Shown here: piece after piece, positions 39,295 to 53,130 of the stretch | How positions within the stretch are numbered: the first letter of the stretch is position 1 | How the letters are laid out: each line of letters begins with the position of its first letter | Assembly: GCA_951406725.2 (NCBI GenBank) | Contig: OX597817.1 | Location: 159,588,001-159,652,000 of the forward strand | DNA: 64,000 nucleotides | DNA from: Octopus vulgaris | Taxonomy: Eukaryota | Reading direction: 5' to 3' | Program-made: the position numbers and the translations under genes | Notes under the pieces: model-generated | What the model saw: only the letters and a program-made list of their open reading frames with translations | Told to the model about the DNA's origin: nothing | Database searches by the model: none

Positions 39295-39740
39295 TAGCCA
39301 TGCATAGCTATGTGGTTAAAAAACTTGCTTTGCAATCACATAGTTTTGGGTTCAGTCACACTGCACAGCACCATGGGCAAGTATCTTTTACTGTAGCCCT
39401 GGGCTGACCAATGCCTTGTGAATGAGTTCAGTAGACAGAAACTGTATAGAAGCCCATCATACATACACAAATGCATGTGTGTGTATGTTGTGTTTGTTGT
39501 GTGTGTATGTATGTGTATGTGTGTATATGTTGTGTTTGTTGTGTGTGTGTGTGTGTGTGTGTGATTAACTAGTGTTGGTTTGTTTACATCCCCATAACTT
39601 GACAGTTTGGCAAAAGACAACAACAGAGTAAGCACCAGACTTAAAAACAAGTACTGAGATTGAGGTCTTTGAGTAAACCTGTCAAGGCAGTGCTCCAGTA
39701 TGGCTGCAATATAATGACTGATGTAAATGTAAACAAACAT
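39295..39740 (+). mobile_element. Full-length decayed CORE-like SINE
   Basis: Homologous to 10076-10485 throughout. Confidence 0.75.
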
Positions 39741-40488
39741 AAAAATTATGCACATGCATATATACATACGCTTAACTAAACACATATCATCATCATTTCA
39801 ATATCCACTTCTCTACACTTGCATGGGTTGACAGAATTCACTGAAGTGGATTTTCTACAGCTGGATGCTTTTCCTGTCAACAACCCTCACCTGTTTCCAA
39901 GCAAAGCAATACCTAACCCCTATTTGGTTGAATATGTTTTCATCATAGACTGGAAACAGGTCTCCTCTTGTATGACAGTGAAACTCATTTACAACTAACA
40001 AACAATGTCAAGACAAAGAGGCTCACACACACACAACAGGATTTCTTTCAGTTTCTGCTTACAAAATCCACTCATGATCTTTGGCTGGCTCAAGACTATA
40101 ATAGAAGATCACCAAGGGTTTGAACCCAAAACCACATAGTTAGTAAGCAAACTTCTCAGCCACACCTGAGCTGAAATATAACTTGAAAATAGAGATACTA
40201 CATATAATTGTAGAAATATTTACATATTTTACCACACTGATGTAATATGAACAACAAATGCATATTTGATGTTTTAATTTATTTCTGTTTCCCTAATTAA
40301 AATTTAACAGCTGATAATATCAGCTGTTAATTTTCTATGTATAAAAAGATAATGAATATATTATATAATGAATATATTATATAATGAATACAAATTCAGA
40401 GTATCTCTCTGATTTTGTTTAATTCTGAAGGGCAACAGAAGTGTCTTTTGTTTAGCCTGTTTGTCAGTCCTGTTTAAGCAAACCTTAA

Positions 40489-40703
40489 CCCTTTCATTAC
40501 CAACCTGGCTGAAACCAGCTCTGGCTCTGAGTACAAATGTTTTCATAAGTTTTGAATTAAATTCTTACACCAAACCTTAGTCACAATTTATGTTCCTAAC
40601 ACTAGCTGAATGATAACTAAACTATTTTACTAAATTCTTTATTATATTCAAAGTAACCGAAAGAAACACAGAACATCTCAAAATAAATACAGTAATGAAA
40701 GGG
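40489..40703. mobile_element. TTAA-flanked (piggyBac-like) MITE
   Basis: TTAA-CCCTTTCATTAC ... GTAATGAAAGGG-TTAA, perfect 12-bp TIR. Confidence 0.85.
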
Positions 40704-41099
40704 TTAAAGTTGTTACTTACTAAATATTGCAGTCACCTATTCAAGAAAGTAATGTATAATTTGTGAGAGAATTAGCTGTTGTTTCCAGTAGGTTGAATAC
40801 CACATAGCAGTCATTACAAATGAACCAGCAGACTACATATATAGGTGAAATCTCAACTTGGGATCTATGTCTAAGCTAGTAATCAAGAACATGGTCAACA
40901 ATATAGGTAGACAAATCCAAAATATTAGCTTCACCAGTGTAGAGAAGAAGAAGGTTCCTTGATGTGGAATCAATAGAATTTTAAATGTTATCAGAGTAAC
41001 ATGGAAAGAAGACTCCCTTAAGAAAGTTACGATAGCTAATAAGACAATAGTTTATAAACAAATAGTAGACACAAATTAAGGGCCTTACTTAAAACAACA

Positions 41100-41600
41100 A
41101 AATTCACTTCTTATGTCATAAATACTTATTTTACACACCTCTGCATGGAAAACAATCACAAACATTATTTTCTACAGCTAAAATCTCTGTCTCCTCGGGG
41201 ACCAAAATGTCAGATCCACAGGGTATCACACATGTTCTAGCTATCACCACAAATCTCTGCTACCGAGGCCCAGAAAAACACAACACACAAATGCATATAA
41301 AAATAACAGCCTTATCAATACCCTTATTAACCCCAGATGCATACCACTAAAAATAAGTAGAGTGGAACAGCAACTGTTATGCACTAACTAAATCCCCCTT
41401 ACCTGCTAAGTTGTGGATACACCAGTATCTACAGAAATGGACTGAACAATAGAGATAGTACATGTCCAGCCTGCAAGTGTTGCCTCTATACAATTAACCA
41501 TTGCATATTAAATGACACAACGAAGTGTTCAGCTAGGAGCAATGATTCTGTAGATCACAGTTATTCTACCTACAACCTATGTGTTTTATAACGACTACAA
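41100..41600 (+). mobile_element. Possible very old LINE 3' end (I/Jockey/Ingi-like zinc knuckle)
   Basis: DSTCPACKCCLYTINHCILN at about 41453-41513 resembles a C-terminal CX2C..H..C knuckle; the remainder is heavily decayed. Confidence 0.35.
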
Positions 41601-43241
41601 AACAACTTTATGTACTTCCGTGCAGAAACTAAAACTAGCAACCTTTACAACTAATAGTTTGTCAATAATCATTTCTGCTGATATATCATGTTCTCCAATG
41701 GGTAATTAGCTAATTGTTAATATTTAATAATTTCAAAATGTACATATTTAACAGTTAGAAAAGTATCCAGATACTATATAACAAATGCTCCAGCAAAAAC
41801 TATCTACTCATAACAGCATGGAAAAATAGATGTAAAACAGTTAGAGAAAAAAAAAAGTAAAAAGGGAACAACGACCCCTCCTATTTCTCATGTTCTCATA
41901 ATTTTCATCTGCACAACAAATGTTAGGACTGTATAATTTCAGAGAGTTCCCAAGATTTTGTTTTCTAAAACTATGTCAACCGGGACACATCTTTGTATTT
42001 AGGGTCGAGAAATATTTCAGTAACAGTTTGACTGTTGCTGAAGTAGCAGTTGTTTCACTGCATGCGATAAAAAGAATTTAGAAAACAACTTGATGTTGAC
42101 CAATTTGTATGTGTGTATATAAGATATTGTAATTAAGTATTTAATTCAGCCATAAGACATTCTCTTATGCTTTAATAAGGATAAAAAGACGAAGCTGTAT
42201 GGTTTAATATTTGAATATTTATAATCAAAACTTATAGTATTTCACACCTAAGACAAGCAACCAAATCAAAGGAAAAAATATAGGGACCGTACTTATTGTC
42301 TAACTGAATGGTAAAAGCATTAAGATGAGCATTTATCCATAGAGTTCATTAATCAACATTTTATGTAAATATCTAAATCTGAAAACATGGAACAAGCTAC
42401 CATAGGGAAAATGGCTGTAAAACTTTATAGAAAAATATAATGGAATTTCTTTAAAAACTAATACTTAAATGTTATGTTTTTTTTAATAAAAAAAATTATT
42501 TTACTGTATTTTATTTGTGATTTAAATAAATAAAAATAAGACAATTATTCTGTATTATTAATATTTTATAAAATCAACTAATAAGTAGGACATAAGTGTT
42601 CAGTTGATTAGTGTTCTGAACTAATCAAGAAACTTTAAAAGTATTCTGTTTGAAATTATTTTCAGAAAAAATTAAGTTTTATACTGACTTTGTTGACAGC
42701 TATATATGACATTAACTAATGAGTTGTCTCAGAATATAATCAGATATAAAGAAGGATTTATATTTGTTAATTATCACTGGGGGTATGTCAACTTCTAAAT
42801 AAATAGATACTAGAAGAAAGATCCCTTTCTGAGATTCAGTGGGATGAAACAGACTTGTAAAAATCACTTCGTGAACATTAAACAACTTTTTGATCTTTTA
42901 GAAATATTTTGTGCATACCAAAATAAACTATTTGTGACTTGTTCATGCAGTAAAGCCATATTTTAATTTTACAGCAAGAGTTGGCTCCCTGGGTTTCATG
43001 TAAATACTTAACGTAAGATATATTTGTTCAAAATATGTTAATAGGCGGACACCCTTCCCCACTGTTAGCCACTCTTAGTTTTGAAAACTAAAGATATTTT
43101 CAAAAACTTTATTGATTACTGCTTGGAACTTATAAAATTTGAGGATTAAATTGGTAACATTTTGCCAAAATTTCCAGCAGTCATACCTTGACCAGTGCAG
43201 TTATTTACTTATGTTAATCACTCCACCCATTAAACATTTAA

Positions 43242-43462
43242 CCCTTTAGTGTTTAAACCGGCCATATCCGGCCCAAATATTCAATATGTTTTATATTCAA
43301 ACTGGCCATATCTAGCCTTTCACACCTAACCTACAATGCCATTCTAAAAATAAACAATCACATCATTGAAACCTCAAAGCTATAAGATAATGCTTGATGA
43401 ATTCAAAACAATTTGAATAAAAAATATATTACATTTGACAGTGTAATCTGAATACTAAAGGG
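43242..43462. mobile_element. TTAA-flanked (piggyBac-like) MITE
   Basis: TTAA-CCCTTTAGTGTTTA ... TGAATACTAAAGGG-TTAA. Confidence 0.85.
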
Positions 43463-46400
43463 TTAATAGAGTGATATCCTCTAAGTACCTAAACTTATAT
43501 ATTTTCCAAGAATTATGAAACGTTGTACTAGAAACATGTTGACACGATACTGTTTTGTTCTGAAATCTAACTTATATTTACAAGATTTCTTAGTAGGTCA
43601 TGAAGAACTTAACAAAACAGATCAGGAATTAAATTCACAAAAACAATACAAAAATACTGAGATGATATTTTATATAACAGTAGAAACTGATGATAAAGTT
43701 CAATAGTGGTATATTGAAGATATAATTCAAATTAAGAGAGATTAAGTTTTAGAAAAAACACTTGAATAGTTGCTTTGGAAAATAAACTATTATATAGTGC
43801 CTCTATCACATATGTTATGATTTCTAAGTTGAGTGAAACCATAAAACAACTGATTTACTTTATTATTAAGAGATGTATTTGTGAAAAGTGAGGTATTAGT
43901 GGATGGCAGTGAACCATGGAAAATAGAAAAAGCTGAAGAAGAATAAACATACCACTGAGTATGCAATGTAAATTTGGGAAAATGACTAAACTCAGCCAAG
44001 TTGAAAAAAGTCCATGGGAACCAAAAGACACATTTCTTTGATAGAAATAGCCCAATGATATATAATAGTCAGCTGCATGACTATTTATCAAGCAAAGATA
44101 TTCATCAACAGGTGATCATCCCTACTGACATCAAAGGGGTAGAGATAACAGAATTGTGATAATCATCATAACTTTCCTGAGAGAACTAGTCAAGTAAATG
44201 AACTATCTGGATGCATTCACAGACTTGATTCATGCTATTATTCCAGGGTACACACCATATAAAAAAAAGGGATTGATGTACGAGGAAGTCATAAAAATTA
44301 GTGGTGAAAAGTTTTTTTGAGTGAGGGAAAACTTTTATAATGCTAATATATAATGGAAAAGGTTGAAGCTGACAGCAGAAGACATGCTCCGGTAAAAGGA
44401 ACAGGTGCTAACATTGAAATTATTATGTCAGAATTGACAAAATAATTTGCAAATTTAAACTTTTATAAAGTGCAAGACAAGTATAGGAGAATGTTGATAA
44501 ATTGATTTTTGTAAAGTCAATGGATAGATCTTACAAAAACTAAGCTTTTAGGATTATTTTTCCCAAAGTAAGGCGTTGCATTACTGGTCAAACATACTTG
44601 AGTTCAAGCCTCATTACAGTCGTTGTGTTATGATCTACAGGGAAGGCACATTACTCTGCTAAATTGGCCTTGCTCATAGAAAAATAGGAGCCGCTCTAGC
44701 TTAACAAACATCTGGCTCTAAAAACACTCCCTTTAATAAAATACAAATGTCCATACTAATTTTAGACCATCCCACTTAACACTAAGCATAAAAACAAAAC
44801 AAAAAAAGGATGTCATGTTTTCAAGAACTAATAAGAAATAGATGGGAACCATTTAAATAGCTGCATATATCTACATGCATCTGATAGTTGCATGTGGCAG
44901 CAGTTTAAGATATTACTAATGTTCTGCAGACTATTGTTGCATAATATTAGTGTAACTTCTCTGTATTTGCATTATTTCATTGCTCAGTTTTATTAACAAT
45001 TGTTGCCATCATCAGTTTTATTTATCTCCTCCTCACATCAAGAAGGGCATCTACTTTATAAACATTTTCAATCTACTTAAACACATCGTTTGTGCAGCTT
45101 AGAAATGGATAAATCAAGCGAAGCAAAATCATTAACCTCGTGCAAATATAGAAAAACAAATACTAAATGAAAATAAGACGGTGCCTAAACTGTATACTAG
45201 AGTAAATTAACCAATCTCAGCTTACAGAAAATTTACTTCGTCTGCTAGTGTATGAGTGTGTATAGCTCTTTTGTTAAAACTCTAAATAATGAAACAACGA
45301 TTTTTCGTGATTTTTACAAAAGTACTTATATTTAATGTTGATTATAAAACCCTTGCTTTACTGTCAGAAACTATTACACACACACACACTCACACAAGTG
45401 TGCTTGCTTATGTAGGTATATAAATAGTCTATGTATGAAAAGTAAATTTTGTTTTAAACCTTATCTACAATAACTTATGCCGAGTGTATAAAACTGATTT
45501 GTAACAGCTAGGTTACATTATCAACCAAGTGTAGAAGCCTTTAAATTACTATCTCTCTCACTACCCGTATATGATGGTACTTTCTTTTCAAACTTGTTTT
45601 TGCATAGGAAATAAAAAACAAGTTAATAGCATTTTTAACAGCACAGAAATAAAATTAGTTCAATGAATCTGCTTTTAAGATATGTTTACTTTGTTTTTAA
45701 TCAAAAGTTTCTAAATCATATAAGAAATTATTTTTTTAAAGAAGAACTTACTGTATGATTAAGGTATTTTTTTTAACATTCCAATATAATGCTTCCAGAT
45801 ATTGTAGTGACTCTGACGGTAAAAAAAAAAATGTACTCAATTTTTTTTTTTTTAAAGTGTAGAAAAAAAGGTCAGTTTATTTCAAACACATCACAAACAG
45901 CTGGTTCTGTTTATTAAACCTTCAACTTAATTCAAATGTACTTTTACTTTTTTTTTTTTTTTTTTTGCTAAATATCAAATTACTTTCAGCATATTATTTA
46001 GACTTGTGTGAACATTTGTTAAAATGTTGATCACCAAATTCTTTTCATGTAATGTGGAAGCATTCAGATACAAGTAGCATCAGCTAATAACCACCACCAA
46101 CAGCAATAAGAAAGTAATGATCAGCTGACTGCTGGACAACTGAGAACACTTTTTGCTACCACCAGTAAACAAAGCACAGAATTTTCTTAACAGAGAAAGT
46201 TTGTTTTTTAATTCTTTTTTTTTTTTTTGCTTTTTTGCTTTTGGTGTGTGCAGATAAAAACAGTGACATATCCCCCTCCCCCAAAACAACTAAAACTTCA
46301 CATGAAAATATAGCACTAATAAATGATTAGCATATTTTTAACCAGTGAGTATATTAATTAGCAAGCAAAAAGTTGAATTTGCAAAGTTTAGAAAATATCC

Positions 46401-47628
46401 GGTCAAATAGCATTGTAACAAAAACATTTCTGGTTCATACACTCCCACATGTCATGTTTAGAGGTAAATTAAATAACACTCCTAAAATACTTAGATTAGA
46501 GAAGGTTCTTTTCATTAAAACGATATAAATAAATTTTTAAAATCTAGTTAAATAAATATTTGAAAATGTTATTATTAATGTAACTGTAGTGAGTGGATCT
46601 AAAAGTATTTTTTTACTCAAAGAAAATAGTTCTGGTTAAATTACATTATAACCACAAATATACCAGAAAATTATTAAGCACTAAACAGGTAAACAAAATA
46701 TTTATGAAAAGTACAGATGAAACAAAAATAAAACGAAGCAAAAATAATTTGGATTCTCTTTTCCTTTGATGTTGAATGAAAGTAATTGGGTGTACGAAAG
46801 AGAGAAGAGAGGGGAGGAAAGAGAGAGACCCCCAAATTAGTAATTGTTATGTAACAGCATCAGATAATTACAGGAAGTAAGTAGAGCAGACACGTGTGCA
46901 TGTGTGTTACAGTTTCTTCATCTCTAATTCTTCATCTATACCCACACCTTAAACACTAACACTGGCCCTACTCCGTTCATTCTTTTCCTTTTTATATATA
47001 TAAACAGTTCATTGGAAACACGTAGATGTTATTCTCATAAAGTAAAATATATAGGCTGAAAAAAAAAAACTTATCTTTTACACATTACAACAACCTAGTT
47101 GCGAGTTATGAGAAAACGAGCTTTTATTGTATGTAAGGTTGGTTTCCAGAGTGGAACTATATATTTAAAGTAGACTACAAATAACTGTTTTAGTGGAATG
47201 TCAGTATGAGACATGACATGTTTAAAAAAAAAGAGAGAAAAAACAGAAACAAACGAAAAAGAATTCAGACAAAAAAAGTATCGGGGACTAAGAGACCAAG
47301 CGAAATTTAAACAATCTATTGATATGCTAGGAATAGAGTAGGTAGTGAGAGGAGGAAGGAAAAAAAAAGTAGATAACAACACTAACAAGAGAGTTTACTG
47401 AGTAACATTCAGTGACAAAATCAGTCAGAAAGTTTATATACATACATATATATATATGTGTATATATATAGAGAGAGAGAGATACATACAAACAAACACA
47501 CACGCACGCGCTTATACACACATACGACCCATTATCAATTCCTTTTTTTAAAAAATCAATAAAAAAAACACAAGAAACTATAACATCAAGAAAGAAAGTT
47601 AATAATTTGTTGCTAAGTGTTTACTTAC

Positions 47629-48300
47629 CGCTCAACTAATAGAAACAGAACATGAATACAGAGTTGAGATTTACTGAAAAAGATGATTGATAATGTAAAT
47701 ATTCGAGATTTTTTTTTTCTTTAGTGTGTTGATCAGGACTACTTTATTGCCTTGCTTTGCAATGAAAGGTTTGCAGCTGGGCAGAAGGCAAGTGAATAAG
47801 CATTGTTAAGTTGCTCAGTCAGGTTAATATGCTTCCTCCGTGAGCAGGGCAGAAACTGTGATGATGCAGCAGAGACTCTAACTGCTGCTACTGCTGTGTG
47901 TATAGACTTGTTGTTGACAGTAGTATTGCTGCACACATAAAGCAATTTCTTTTTAACCATGCAAGCAGCAACAGCTACTGTTGCTGCTGCTGCATGGTTA
48001 ATTATGCGGTTATCTGTACTCTTACTGGGTGGCTTGCATTCATTTAGGCAACCAACCATCCAGCCCATCCCCCAGCTAGCTATCCTGCTTGCCTGCCTGC
48101 CCACTCCACCACTGCTACTGACAGGTCAGGTGCACTTTAACAATTCCTGCAAAAGTAGGCCATTGGCTTGTTAATGCAGTTAAAAGCAAGGAGTGTGTTC
48201 AGCGAGATCAACAGTTAAAAATGAGTGAGCAGTATGATTGCATAGCTAATTCTGTGCAGTGCAAACTGATTCTAGGCCAACAAGGTGAATGAGGGAGTGT
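47629..48300 (-). promoter_or_regulatory. Putative promoter / non-coding first exon of a minus-strand gene (5' boundary unknown)
   Basis: Consensus donor GAGCG|GTAAGT (intron starts at 47628 on -); repeat-free, GC-richer block within a CpG-retaining zone; no convincing ORF. Confidence 0.4.
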
Positions 48301-49139
48301 ACAGTCTTTCCAAAATCAAGTGCTAATATATGTGGAGGACATTTTTTTTTTCTTTTTTTTTTTAATTTGTCATGTTTGCTGGTCAATGTGTAAAAACAAA
48401 CTATGAACATACAACTGTTGATACATTGCAGTTTAATGAACAGCTGTTTGACTAAATGTTGTGTCACTTTCTAGATCCTACTAAACACATTGTAAACACA
48501 CTGATCATAAGATTAAATTAGTCTGTGTGAAGGTATGACTATTCATTACAATAGATAGTACAGAACTATATTTTAATGACTAATTATTTATGTTAGTTAA
48601 GGTATTTCACACCGAATTAAAAAAAAAAAAAGGAAAACCACCTAAAAATCACACACAACACGTACATCCATATATATATACACGCGCGCACGTACAAAAC
48701 ATACATACACGGGTACGCGGTGAGAAAGATAATACTCATTAAATACAAGAAATGAAATTGTTTACATTTATTTTCCGCCTTGCATTTATGTAGTTGAATA
48801 TATAATTTATACGCACACACATTGCATTTAAAGTATAAATTTGTTGGCTTTTATTTACTTAACTGTGAAAACTAATGAAAAAGTAAAATTTCCACCACCC
48901 GAATAAGAAGAACAGTAATAATTATTTCTTTCAGTCACGTACAATTGTAGGAATAAAGTTAATTAAACCAACTTCACAGTATTAAGGTATTTATTATATA
49001 TATATAGCCTGCAGAGATAAAAGTAAAGTCAAACCTAATAAAAGTTACACTGAAAACAGGGAGTTTATACCTAGCGTGTATAAAAGTATGCAGTTGGTAT
49101 TATTCTGTCTTCCTCGGCCAACAATTATTATTATAGCGA

Positions 49140-49351
49140 TGACTTCTCGCGGTGCACATGTACCTACATTTGTAGCGGCGTCACAGGTGATTGATTCAGT
49201 CGACTCCCTCTTTAGTACTTTATTTTATCGGCAACCCTGGTGGGATAAAAGGCCAAAGCGGACCTGATGGAATCTGAACACAGAATGTGTAGGGATTAAA
49301 ATAAAAACATTGCTACGCTGACACTATCATTTCTGCTACTTCACTCGCTGC

Positions 49352-49384
<33 letters not shown>

Positions 49385-50100
49385 TTCCTTCGAGGTCGAC
49401 CTTTGCCTTTTATCCTTTCGGGGTCGATAAATTAAGTACCAGTGAAACAATGAGGTCGATGTAACTGGCTAGTCCACCCCCCACCCCCGGATTTCAGGCC
49501 TTGTGCCTTTCGTAGAAAGGATTATTATTATTATTATTATTACTGTGAGTTGCGAGAATCGGTAGCGCATCGGACAAAATGTTTAGCGGCATTTCTCCTG
49601 AGCCTTTACGTTCTGTGTTCAAATTCCGCCGAGGTCGTCTTCACCTTTCATCCTTTCGGGGTCGATAAAATAAGTAACAGTAGGGCAATGAGGTCGATGT
49701 AATCGACTGCCCCACCTCCCACACAATTTCAATGCCTTTCAGTATTTGATCGTGATTCTTATACGCTCAGGGTTCAAATCCAGCCGATGTCAACGTTGCC
49801 ATTCATCTCTTTGGGGGTCGATAAAATAAAGCACCAGAAAAAAACTAGGGTTGGTGGTATCGATTTATACCACCCCTCAAAATTGCAGGCCTTGTACGTA
49901 AATCAGAAACAATTATTAAAAAAAAAAAAATTTAATACAAGCACAAGGATATATATTTTGAAAGGAGAAGCATTATTGATTAAACGACCCCAGTAAGAAT
50001 GAAACTAAACAATCGGGATTCGAACTCCAAACCTAAAGTAACAAATATAGCGACGCATTTGTCCAACACTTTACTAATTCACCTATCAACTGCCTTAAGA
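49140..50100. mobile_element. Cluster of tRNA-SINE copies separated by (TAT)n, CpGs retained
   Basis: Repeated GAGGTCGAC..GCCTTTTATCCTTTCGGGGTCGATAAA at 49392, 49631 and about 49790; a minus-strand copy lies at 49140-49330. Confidence 0.8.
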
Positions 50101-51701
50101 ATAACAATAATACTTTTAGAATGTTTTTAAAAAATTGTATACTATCAGTATTTTCAAAGTGAAAAAGTAAAGGAAAGAAACAAGATAAATAGTAACAACA
50201 ATAATAGTGAAAAAAAAGAAAGAAAAAAATTAGGTAGCTTCATACAATATTTTTTTACTATGAAGAAAGTAATAATGTAAAAAAAAAAATATTATGTAAT
50301 ACGTATTTTTAAATATTTCAACAGTACCTGACAGTTCACTCCCTTTAATTTTAAGGCCTTTCTTAGGAGCAGAATATCTGAGGACAACTTTTATTGATGC
50401 AGTAAAATACAACTCTTATAATTTTCACTTAAAAATAGATCAGATTTCAAGCTGCATGTAGCTGCAGAATCCTGCTTCCTTTTCCATGTGCTTGTAAAAC
50501 ATATGCATCAGTATAGTAAGAGCATAATCCACTCTCTCACTAACAAACTAACCTTCCTCTCTTTTTATAAACATAATCCAAAACCCTTATCGAGAAAATA
50601 GTACTCAAACAAGTCGTCTTTAGTAGATCTTTTTAAAAAAAAAAGAGAGAGAAATGCTTATATTGCAAGGCTAACAGAAACTATTGTTGTTGCAGTAAGC
50701 AGGAGAGAGGGTGAGAGAAGGAAGGAAAATAAACACTACATTAGTGAGTGAGTGGTCATGTGTTGGTGAGTAAAGGTTTGTCTACCATCTACCAGTTGTG
50801 TGGCCTTTCTCTTGACATGCTTTTGAGTGGCAGCAGCACTGAACCAATTAAGTGAGCAATACAAAGATGCACTTGTACATCATAAGGTCAGCAGCTGTTT
50901 AAAGCTGAAATAATTTATAGCCCCCAAACAGGGAGCTTAGCCTTTGAGATGCAGTCTTGACTAGCTCTTCGCTATACTATAGCTATGTTGTTGTTGTTGT
51001 TGTTATGAAAGGTGACCAGAGGTCAAGAGCTTGTAGAGAGTTTATAAGCTTTAGCTGTATATTCTTGTTCGTGAGTAGGGAAAGTATGATGTATATGCAT
51101 TTTCTTGGTATGTGTAGTGATTGTGCCCTTACAGTTTTGAAATGTTCATTTACAGGGGCATTATTTGGTGAATGTGTATGAAGCTCATAAGAAAAATACT
51201 AAGAAATGAGAGGGAGTTGATAGGAGGGTGTGATGTTAGCAATAACTGAACTCCGAGGTAGGTTCATCTAACCTGATGGAATTGGACAGTGGAGAAAGCC
51301 CTCTTGATACATGATTTGATAAGAAACTTCCAATATAAGAGATTAGATCTTGTTTTATTTACCTCCAGGTGAACCCTGATCAAGCAGACCTATCAGTAAA
51401 GGAATACAAGCTGTAATCATCCTAATTCTACATTATCTAGTCTGTCCTTTACTTATTTAAGATAGTAGAATGTGGGTTGACCAGCAGGTCAAGTGACCAT
51501 GTTGAGGATTCCTAGTCAGTTTAATGAAGGGTAAATGGAGCCAAAAAATAAACAATTTATGCAAGAGATTCTTGTACAGGTATAGTCAAAAGCCTTGTTG
51601 TCATGAGCAACAAAGCTTTCTCTATGACCACTGGTTTGTAACTTAAGAAAAAATAATTGCTCTAGCTCTAAAAAAAAATACTGGCTGTTAATAGATAGAT
51701 T

Positions 51702-51966
51702 GAAAAAATAAAAATAAATGCGCCCTTTTAAAGTCTAGGGCTCATGGGCCCGGTTTCCCGGTTTCTATGGCGTATGTGTTCCCCAGCTGGATGGGACGCC
51801 AGTCCATCGCAACATTACTCTCTTTCGTCAGCTGAGTGGACTGGAGCAACGTGAAATGAAGTGTTTTGCTCAAGAACACAACGCGTTGCCCAGTCCTGTA
51901 ATTGAAACCACAATCTTACGACCATGATGCTGACACCCTAACCACTAAGCCATGCTCCTCCACGGG
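51702..51966 (-). mobile_element. Full-length tRNA-derived SINE (third family)
   Basis: Minus strand TGGCTTAGTGGTTAGGG A box and GGTTTCAATT B-box-like; 9-bp TSD AGATAGATT (51693-51701 / 51967-51975). Confidence 0.85.
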
Positions 51967-52759
51967 AGATAGATTAAGTTACTCAAAATGATAAAGAAGG
52001 CGGTCATTGGTGATGTCTTTATTCTTTTTGAGATAGGAAGGCAAGAGGTTTTAGCAGGCAACCAGAAATGTTACCAATCTTGGAGATATGGAAATGCATG
52101 ATGCAGTGTCCTAAGTTGTGATTGATATCCATGGTAAGTTCCAGCTTAGGGTCACACTGTTTATGGGAGAAAATAAGAAACTCTGTGACAGGTCCACTTG
52201 TTTCTCTTTGGTGATGAAGGAGAGAGAGGTTGTAAACTCAACTTTACAGAATGAGGGCTAGAGACAAAACTAATCAAATTAATGGCTTGGAACCCCAGCA
52301 TGAGCAGCTATGATAGAGTATTCTCACATTGAATATAAACCAAAAGACTATGTTGATAACAAGAAAAGAGTATGAGATTTCCTTTGATACCTCTTTCTCA
52401 TAACTTCTTTCAGAAAAATTATCTTGATTTGAGTCACTGATCTTCTATGTGGTTGCTTGAGCTGCAATAAATAGCAACCAAAATCTCCCTCAAATGACCA
52501 TATCCTATCATCTTAAAATAGGAAGAATACATTACTCAATGTAGTTCTCGGTATTTAAAAATAACAGAAAATTGTAGCTGAAATGCATTTAACCCATAAT
52601 CAAGGATATCCTGGAACTAAACAATCACTATTAACTTTACTTTAATTTAGCATACTTAAAACTACCCACACTTAAAATTTGTACATGTGAGAAAACTTTA
52701 ATATCCTGTATTGACCAGGCCTTCAGACTCAATCACATGGCTATATACATATTTATATA

Positions 52760-53130
52760 CACAGCCATGACAGAAGTAAATAGACATGCCATAAAGCCTT
52801 GTGTTATGTTTATTTTAACGTGATAAAGGTTTACATTTTTTATTGACATTTTTATGTTTTGGGTTCTATATGTGACTGTTTAATCATGCCATGTGCAAAA
52901 GATGCCGTGGAACAGTCCAAATTTCAAAGAGGCCATATTGTGGGTCAATCTGCAAGCGAACTTGGTGTGAAATCGCAGAAAACCTTGGGATCCCGCTTTC
53001 TATGGTTAAAAGGGTGATTTCACCAGAGAGGGGAAAGAGTCCACATCACATTGCCCAGGTTGACCAGAGCCCTCTGACAGGACCATTTATTTGTTAAGTT
53101 AAGTGTGGACGATAATCCTCATTGTAAGGC
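52760..53130 (+). mobile_element. Tc1-like transposon 5' fragment
   Basis: TA-CAC start; MPCAKDAVEQSKFQRGHIVG / EIAENLGIPLSMVKRVI is the Tc1 paired-like HTH, frameshifted. Confidence 0.72.

Noticed and set aside
47739-48174. ORFs 47739-48104 (-) and 47959-48174 (+) as host CDS
   Set aside because: Ala runs derive from the CAG/CTG hairpin; no recognisable domain or coherent splice frame.
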